DNA of 24,000 bases. Source: Photobacterium aphoticum (GTDB taxonomy: Bacteria > Pseudomonadota > Gammaproteobacteria > Enterobacterales > Vibrionaceae). Under the pieces are notes generated by a model. That model searched no databases. It was given only the letters and a program-made list of their open reading frames with translations, and was not told where the DNA came from. The DNA is taken from contig NZ_LDOV01000053.1 in NCBI RefSeq assembly GCF_001029435.1, positions 14,592 to 38,591 on the forward strand, written 5' to 3'. Each line of letters starts with the position of its first letter. Within the stretch, counting starts at the first letter, position 1. Position numbers and translations under genes: made by a program. Of the stretch, positions 8,032 through 21,795 are shown piece after piece.

Positions 8032-8960
8032 TGAAGCACTCCCCTTACGCGTTAGGCGCCACCTTGTACATGCCCGCGACACGTGATGACATTGTTCAGG
8101 TCGCGCTGCGCAATAAGATCCCGCATCTGCGTTCGATGGTGATTTGCCTTGAAGATGCGGTGGCCGATCACGAGGTTGAACAAGCACTCGCTAACTTAAT
8201 CACGATCACCCGCCAGTTAGCGACACACCGTCGTGATCATGAACAACCGATCATTTTTATCCGCCCAAGAGATTTAGACATGGCCGCCCACATTGTGGCG
8301 CACTATGACTTAACCGGTATTGATGGGTTTGTGTTCCCGAAATTTACCTTAGCAACCCTGCCCGAATGGGAAGCGATCACCGCCTCTACCCATTTGATGT
8401 GGATGCCGACGTTAGAAACCCAAGAGGTGTTTGACGGGCAAGCCATGCAGCAATTAGCCAATGCCTTGCATGCTAGCCCGATGCGGGATCGGATCATTGC
8501 ACTGCGTATTGGCGGTAACGATTTGATGAGTATTTTAGGAATCCGCCGCTCTCGCCATGCGACCATCTATGAAGGGCCGCTCAATTACGTGATGAAAATG
8601 CTCACCTGCACCTTTGGGGCCAAAGGCTTTGCCCTCACCTCGCCGGTGTTTGAACTGATCGATAACGTGGAGCTGCTCGAACAAGAACTGCAATTGGATT
8701 TGATCCACGGCTTAGTCGGCAAAACCGCCATTCACCCAAGCCAAATTGCCTGCATTCATGAAGCCTGGATGGTTGACCCGTCAGAATATGAAGACGCAAT
8801 CCGCATCATCAACAGCACACAAGCGGTGTACCAGCATGGCGGCGCGATGTGTGAGCCCGCGACGCATCGGCAATGGGCGAAAAATATTTTAGAGCGCCGT
8901 CAGTTGTTTGGCTTGCGCACACCCGAAGCGGCCAATGCCAAAGAGTTTGTTCATCTATAA
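8028..8960 (+). CDS. HpcH/HpaI aldolase / citrate-lyase-beta-like C-C bond lyase (310 aa)
   Basis: TIM-barrel lyase-type motifs: ATLYMPATR, VICLEDAV (metal/substrate Glu-Asp), LRIGGNDL and GKTAIHPSQI. It is the last gene of the operon, with an ATGA overlap to the upstream gene, and is followed by a terminator. Confidence 0.72.
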   Translation: MMKHSPYALGATLYMPATRDDIVQVALRNKIPHLRSMVICLEDAVADHEVEQALANLITITRQLATHRRDHEQPIIFIRPRDLDMAAHIVAHYDLTGIDGFVFPKFTLATLPEWEAITASTHLMWMPTLETQEVFDGQAMQQLANALHASPMRDRIIALRIGGNDLMSILGIRRSRHATIYEGPLNYVMKMLTCTFGAKGFALTSPVFELIDNVELLEQELQLDLIHGLVGKTAIHPSQIACIHEAWMVDPSEYEDAIRIINSTQAVYQHGGAMCEPATHRQWAKNILERRQLFGLRTPEAANAKEFVHL

Positions 8961-8989
8961 TCAACCTTTCTCATGCCAACAGCTAATGC

Positions 8990-9037
8990 AGAGTCAGTGC
9001 TTTCTCCCTCTCTTGAAACACTGGCTCTTTTTCTTTT
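8990..9037 (+). terminator. Probable intrinsic terminator of the Ter-linked operon
   Basis: AGAGTCAGTG(C)TTTC (8990-9004) pairs with GAAACACTGGCTCT (9015-9028): 14 bp with one bulge and one G-U pair, and a 10-nt loop. The stem is followed by TTTTCTTTT (9029-9037). Confidence 0.55.
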
Positions 9038-9207
9038 GTGGCAAATGATTAACCCCATTGATTCAATCAACAATCACTCCATCGAAAAAACTGACCAAGA
9101 TGGTCAATGTCATGCGGTTTTCTGTGGTGTGTCATACGCCTACACTCACAGACAGAGACGATAGAACAAGCTCACAAACAGAAAATCGACCAGCAGGAGA
9201 CAGCATT

Positions 9208-9903
9208 ATGATCACACTCCGTCATGCCAACGAACGCGGCCAAGCAGACTTCGGCTGGCTCCAGACGCACCATTCTTTTTCTTTTGGGGAGTATTACGAT
9301 CCTGCTCACATGGGCTTTTCCGCCCTGCGTGTGATCAATGATGACATCGTTCAACCCGGCGCAGGGTTTGATACCCACGGCCATAAAGACATGGAAATCA
9401 TCACCTTTGTCCTCAAGGGCAGCATTGCCCACAAAGACAGCGAAGGGAATGTGGAAACCCTTCCAGCAGGAGAATTCCAACTGATGTCAGCTGGCCGAGG
9501 GATCGCCCACAGTGAGTTCAACCCATCAAGTACCGAGACGTTGCATTTGCTGCAGATTTGGATCCAACCCAATACCATCGGCGGCCAACCGGGTTACCAA
9601 CAAAAAGCCTTTGCCGTGCAAACCGGATTAACGCCAATCGCAACGCCAGACGGTCAACAAGGCACACTACACATCAAGCAAGATGCGACACTGTATCAAC
9701 TAACGCTGCCGCCTCAGACTGCACACACCCTGTCTGTTACAGCTGCTCGTCAGGTGTACATTCATCAGGTGGAAGGAGCATTAACGGTGAATGATGTGGC
9801 GTTATTGGCAGGTGATGGGGCGAAAATCCGTGATGAAAACACGCTGACACTGCGCAATACCGGTGACAGCACCGTCACGGCGCTGGTGTTTGATTTGCCG
9901 TAA
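9208..9903 (+). CDS. yhhW: Pirin-family protein, YhhW-like quercetin 2,3-dioxygenase (231 aa)
   Basis: ORF 9058..9903 trimmed to the ATG at 9208, with an AGGAGA SD 7 nt upstream. MITLRHANERGQADFGWLQTHHSFSFGEYYDPAHMGFSALRVINDD and the cupin metal ligands (THGHKDMEI...) align closely with my recollection of E. coli YhhW, which is the same length. Confidence 0.85.
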   Translation: MITLRHANERGQADFGWLQTHHSFSFGEYYDPAHMGFSALRVINDDIVQPGAGFDTHGHKDMEIITFVLKGSIAHKDSEGNVETLPAGEFQLMSAGRGIAHSEFNPSSTETLHLLQIWIQPNTIGGQPGYQQKAFAVQTGLTPIATPDGQQGTLHIKQDATLYQLTLPPQTAHTLSVTAARQVYIHQVEGALTVNDVALLAGDGAKIRDENTLTLRNTGDSTVTALVFDLP

Positions 9904-9932
9904 TGGATACGGATTCAATTTCACAATGTGTC

Positions 9933-9973
9933 AAAAAATCCCTGTTGTTCAGGCAGTAACTGAACAACAGGGA
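9933..9973 (-). terminator. Intrinsic terminator for ygjH; possibly also stops the pirin transcript
   Basis: Perfect 14-bp stem TCCCTGTTGTTCAG (9939-9952) / CTGAACAACAGGGA (9960-9973) with a 7-nt loop. The A6 run at 9933-9938 gives a U-tract on the minus-strand transcript. No T-run follows on the plus strand. Confidence 0.75.
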
Positions 9974-10027
9974 AAGCAGGTTGTATGAATATAATAGTGA
10001 ATATAAAGATTGATGAAACAGTCGCCG

Positions 10028-10398
<371 letters not shown>

Positions 10399-10666
10399 AA
10401 ATTTTATATTACCGTATCAGTCATCACCATAAACAAAAATGCACTTATCTCCATTTCAAGATCCCGATCACGTCTCTCTTTCACCAAACATCATGCCAAT
10501 CATTGCGTCCAAAAGGGTATTTTCGCCCCTATCATCAGGGAACTAGCCCCCAAATGGGGTGATTTTGTCCGCAAAAGTCGCCCATTTACATACACAAACA
10601 CACAATTTTACTAAAAGTTTGTGCATCGATTCGTTGCTGTTTAGAATGGAGATTGATAAAAGCTGA

Positions 10667-11704
<1,038 letters not shown>

Positions 11705-11737
11705 TCCCTCATTCTGTTTCAGCCCCTCCTCTTTATA

Positions 11738-11763
11738 AAGCACTGCTCGCAGTGCTTTTTTTT
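11738..11763 (+). terminator. Intrinsic terminator after ebgR
   Basis: AAGCACTG (11738-11745), loop CTCG, CAGTGCTT (11750-11757), running into a T run that extends to 11763. Confidence 0.8.
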
Positions 11764-11887
11764 ATAAATCCGCACGCATAACCACCACCTCGACAGCATT
11801 TTCAACAACTCCAGCCTGCCTCGCGCGTTTTTCATACCGCGATCACAACTTGCGTGCTTCATCCCCAGATAAACGTGACCAAGTTAA

Positions 11888-11904
11888 AGTAAAACATTTT
11901 CACT
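11888..11904. promoter_or_regulatory. Candidate EbgR operator (imperfect) upstream of ebgA
   Basis: AGTAAAACATTTTCACT has the same left arm AGTAAAA as the perfect sites and a degenerate right arm. Its centre is about 26 bp from the perfect site. Confidence 0.4.
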
Positions 11905-11914
11905 GATTTATTTT

Positions 11915-11929
11915 AGTAAAAGTTTTACT
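11915..11929. promoter_or_regulatory. Candidate EbgR operator overlapping a -10-like TAATAT of the ebgA promoter
   Basis: AGTAAAAGTTTTACT is a perfect palindrome. A TAATAT hexamer starts at its last base (11929-11934). The site is about 95 nt upstream of the ebgA start. Confidence 0.55.
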
Positions 11930-11931
11930 AA

Positions 11932-15594
<3,663 letters not shown>

Positions 15595-15814
15595 TCACTT
15601 TCATCACAAGTAAGGCTTTAACCCAAAGAAGAAGGACGGCAGTCGCTGGCTGCCAGTCCTTCAAATCTGGTAGTCCTTCAAAACATGAACACCTGTAACA
15701 CCTGTTTTTGACAGATAGAGACAACGTCAAAAACACAAGAAACACCGTAATACCAAGCGCTCTAAGAAATAAGCAATAAGAACAAAGCAATAACAACACC
15801 TACATATAACGTGA

Positions 15815-17275
<1,461 letters not shown>

Positions 17276-17456
17276 CCCATCACACAAAACGGAACAAAAA
17301 ATCATACCCGAGCAGAGAGAACGTGAGCGTTCTCTCTGCACATACATAACAAAAAGGTTATATCCAAGCCCTCTCTTATCACGAAGAGTACCAAACAGCG
17401 TGAATCAGAGGGCTTCGCTATCACCACGCAACACGCTAAATCGATAAAAGTAATAA

Positions 17457-18905
<1,449 letters not shown>

Positions 18906-18936
18906 TCACTCAACACAAAGCACAATCCAAATACTC

Positions 18937-18962
18937 GCGAGCGTCTTGGCGCTCGCTTTTTT
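18937..18962 (+). terminator. Intrinsic terminator ending the ebg/permease transcription unit
   Basis: GCGAGCG (18937-18943), loop TCTTGG, CGCTCGC (18950-18956), then T6 (18957-18962). Confidence 0.85.
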
Positions 18963-19199
18963 ATTCCAATCACAATCTCATCATGGCTTCACCGCCTTCC
19001 CCTTTCAGCGTTCACTCTCACGCTTAGGATCCTGCCATTTTCTGTTTCGCAAAAAGCAAACCGCACATTTTCAAGCTGCATGTCGCAATATCAAGAAGCG
19101 GTCGCAATAGTAATAATAGTATCTATAAATCAAACAATTAATTATTGGCCTCAATATTGCTTATCTACTGTATGTCATGTCAGGCTAGGTAGGGAAACG

Positions 19200-19928
19200 A
19201 TGATGAACAAGGCCTTTTTACTTTATCTCTTCGCCGTATTACTGGGTTGTTCTAGTGCACAAGCCTCGCTGCTGTTTACGATTGAAGATGCCTACATTGA
19301 AGAATCGCAAATTTCCGATCCCAAGCAGGTCGAAACTTTTGATGATTGGACGACAGGGACATTCAACGGCACGATTACCGCCGAATTTGGGGAATACGAA
19401 GTGCTCAACGGCGTGCCTCAAATTAAAGCGGCCAATGTGTATGGTGGCGCAGGCGGGGAGGGTAATTATCTTTTTGTGAGCCCTCAGCAAAACACGCAGG
19501 TGTTACTGACTTTTAATGATCCTGTCGGTTATTTCGGGTTTTGGTGGAGTGCTGGGGATGCCGGTAACAAACTGCAGGTAGAAACCTTTAAGACGACCTA
19601 TGAATTTACCACTGCAGATGTATTCCAAGGTGATGCCCTGACCATGAATCACTACGGCAACACAAACTTCAGCGGCGGAAATGGCGGCGAACCTTATGGT
19701 TTCTTGAACTTGTATGCGACATCGGATGAATACAAAATCAAGTCGATCAAATTTTATGGCTCTAACTTTGAAAGTGACAACCACACCGTCGCTGGTGCAT
19801 TGCAAAACCCAACGGGTACTGTGATTGTGACCGTGTCCGAACCCGCTCACCTCGGCGCATTGGCGCTGGCACTGCTGCCCTTGGTGCATGCACGTCGCAC
19901 ACGCATGACCAACACGATTCGCGCATGA
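19200..19928 (+). CDS. Secreted protein with a PEP-CTERM-like C-terminal sorting signal (242 aa)
   Basis: ORF 19080..19928 trimmed to the ATG ATG at 19200 (MMNKAFLLYLFAVLLGCSSAQA), which is a signal peptide with either a lipobox-like LLGC or an AQA-S signal peptidase I site. The C-terminus is VSEP-AHLGALALALLPLV-HARRTR: a PEP-like motif, a hydrophobic helix and a basic cluster. An internal YFGFWWSAGDAGNKL block resembles the YFG..WGS.D.YN block of exosortase-dependent surface proteins as I recall it. Confidence 0.65.
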   Translation: MMNKAFLLYLFAVLLGCSSAQASLLFTIEDAYIEESQISDPKQVETFDDWTTGTFNGTITAEFGEYEVLNGVPQIKAANVYGGAGGEGNYLFVSPQQNTQVLLTFNDPVGYFGFWWSAGDAGNKLQVETFKTTYEFTTADVFQGDALTMNHYGNTNFSGGNGGEPYGFLNLYATSDEYKIKSIKFYGSNFESDNHTVAGALQNPTGTVIVTVSEPAHLGALALALLPLVHARRTRMTNTIRA

Positions 19929-19998
19929 CAATCCTATCCGTACACCCAACCACCAAATGACGCGGAAAGGGTGGTGTCTTCGTCACCAATTTCTCGTC

Positions 19999-20040
19999 AA
20001 AAAAGCGCGAAGAGCAGGATGCCCTTCGCGCTTTTCTCTT
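19999..20040. terminator. Bidirectional intrinsic terminator between convergent genes
   Basis: A6 (19999-20004), stem GCGCGAAG (20005-20012) / CTTCGCGC (20024-20031) with an 11-nt loop, then TTTTCTCTT. U-tracts are available on both strands. Confidence 0.75.
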
Positions 20041-20070
20041 TACGTTATCCAGTCACGACAATGATATGAC

Positions 20071-21504
20071 TTACACCAACGCTGCTTTCTCTGCCGCAAA
20101 TGCAGCCAGGATTTTCTCCACCGACGTCAATACATCCTCTTGGCTGGTGTGGTAATTCAGAATCGAAATCAGCATCGTTTTCAGGCCTTTATAACCGGAT
20201 GTTGATGGGTACAAATACCCTTCCTGCTGCAAGCGATGCACCACGCGTTCTGTCAGCACATCACGGGAAGCCGTATCACCCGTGCCAAATTGCACAGAGA
20301 ATCGATTCGACACGACATCATTCAATACCGTAATGCCTTCCACTTCTGCCAGTTGTGCTGCCATCAATTTGGCCAAATCTGTACAGTTATCCAAATGCGC
20401 AGCAATACCGGCTTTACCTAATGACTTAAAGGCCGCATATACCGGTACGCCACGGGCACGGCGTGATGCTGCAATACCAAAGTTAATCGCATTACGATCT
20501 GGCTTGGCCATCGCATCATTGAGGTAATCACCCATATTGTTGCCGCCCATGGCTATGGTGATCGCGGATGGATCTTTCACAATCACCATACCGCAGTCGT
20601 ACGGCATGTTGAACCACTTGTGGCCGTCAGTATCAATGGAATCGATGCGCTCGATACCTTTCAACAAATGCTTTTGTTTATCACTGGCGGCGGCCCACAG
20701 GCCAATCGCACCATCAACATGGCACCACGCATTCGGGTGTGCCGCTACGCAATCGGCAATCTCATCAAACAAATCAAACGCACCGGAATCGATACAGCCC
20801 GCTTGTGCACACACCAAGGTCGGCCCTTCACAGTTGGCCATAATGTCACGCAGTGCTTCCGGCAACATACGCAAGTTATCATCGGTCGGCACTTTAATGA
20901 TGTCGTTCAGGCCGATACCGATCATCGATAGTGCACGCTTAATGGTGGAATGGATTTGATCGCTGAGAACCACATTGATACGCGGCGCGCCGTATAAGCC
21001 TTGCGTAGCGACATCCCACCCTGCTCGTTGCAACAAGGTGTTACGGGCGGTGATCAGCCCGGTATAAATCGCTTCCTGCGCCCCAGAGGTAAAGCCCACC
21101 GCTGAACCCGGCGTTAGCCCCAACAATTCCACCATCCATTCTGCAGCGGTTTCTTCCACCACCGCCATCGCAGGGCTGGAGACATAATACGGTACGTTTT
21201 GATCCCACGCGCTCACCAACCAGTCAGCGGCAAGGGAAGCTGGCAAAGCGCCACCAATGGCATAACCGAAGAAACGCGGGCCACCTGATGCAATCAGCCC
21301 TGCATCAACGTTTTTCACCATCTCATCAATCACGGCAGCCGGATCGCTACCCTCAAGCGGCAATGGTCCTCCAAGCGCATAACGCAGTTGCTCTGACGTG
21401 GCAACCTGATCGATTTTGCGCTCAGGCAGAGATTCAATGTACGAAACGGCGTGTTCACATGAACGTTGAAGCGGGGATTGATACTGATTAAATGCGTGTC
21501 CCAT
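20071..21504 (-). CDS. Group II pyridoxal-phosphate-dependent amino acid decarboxylase (477 aa)
   Basis: The PLP-lysine motif DSIDTDGHKWFNMPYDCG (the S/D-x-H-K of DDC/GAD/HDC-type decarboxylases) lies in an aspartate-aminotransferase-fold-like sequence. A GGAGGA SD lies 7 nt upstream of the ATG at 21504. The substrate is not assignable from sequence alone. Confidence 0.8.
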   Translation of the reverse strand: MGHAFNQYQSPLQRSCEHAVSYIESLPERKIDQVATSEQLRYALGGPLPLEGSDPAAVIDEMVKNVDAGLIASGGPRFFGYAIGGALPASLAADWLVSAWDQNVPYYVSSPAMAVVEETAAEWMVELLGLTPGSAVGFTSGAQEAIYTGLITARNTLLQRAGWDVATQGLYGAPRINVVLSDQIHSTIKRALSMIGIGLNDIIKVPTDDNLRMLPEALRDIMANCEGPTLVCAQAGCIDSGAFDLFDEIADCVAAHPNAWCHVDGAIGLWAAASDKQKHLLKGIERIDSIDTDGHKWFNMPYDCGMVIVKDPSAITIAMGGNNMGDYLNDAMAKPDRNAINFGIAASRRARGVPVYAAFKSLGKAGIAAHLDNCTDLAKLMAAQLAEVEGITVLNDVVSNRFSVQFGTGDTASRDVLTERVVHRLQQEGYLYPSTSGYKGLKTMLISILNYHTSQEDVLTSVEKILAAFAAEKAALV

Positions 21505-21795
21505 GGGACTGTCCTCCGGTCTTTATTGATGCCTCCATCCTAAGTGCAACCGATATTAAAAATTTACCATTTCACGACATCATGAGTATTCTATCTCTTA
21601 GCCTTAACGCGTATTTACCCCTTGTCGCCATACACGCAGATATAGAAATTGTCATTACTCCACTGATCACGAAATAAGCAATTGAACACCTAATTGCAAT
21701 TTTGTGATCTTAAGCCACGGAATGTTTCGACGTCTTTTTCGTTTTCGTTTCATTGCATTACATTTCATAGCAAATCCCCCACAGAGATATTAACC

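Noticed and set aside
8973-9164. 63-aa ORF in the lyase-pirin spacer
   Set aside because: It runs straight through the predicted terminator hairpin. It has no SD and no recognisable sequence. The spacer is better read as a terminator plus the pirin promoter.
9208-9903. Pirin as a fifth member of the Ter-linked operon
   Set aside because: It is separated from the lyase gene by 247 bp containing a hairpin plus T-run, and it has its own strong SD. The protein closely resembles housekeeping E. coli YhhW. Co-orientation alone is insufficient.
19503-20959. Antisense ORFs 19503-19949 (-), 19762-19989 (-), 20537-20959 (+) and 20620-20931 (+)
   Set aside because: They are embedded antisense in the PEP-CTERM-like gene or the decarboxylase gene, and no independent signals support them.
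21492-21677. 61-aa ORF in the decarboxylase / secreted-protein divergent region
   Set aside because: It starts inside the decarboxylase start codon region on the opposite strand. It has no SD and lies in an AT-rich promoter region. It is probably spurious, and I cannot exclude a small protein without expression data.
21703-21718. CRP-like half site TGTGATCTTAAGCCAC upstream of the large secreted-protein gene
   Set aside because: The left half TGTGA is perfect. The right half (GCCAC at N6, or CCACG at N7) matches TCACA poorly, so it does not justify calling a CRP site.
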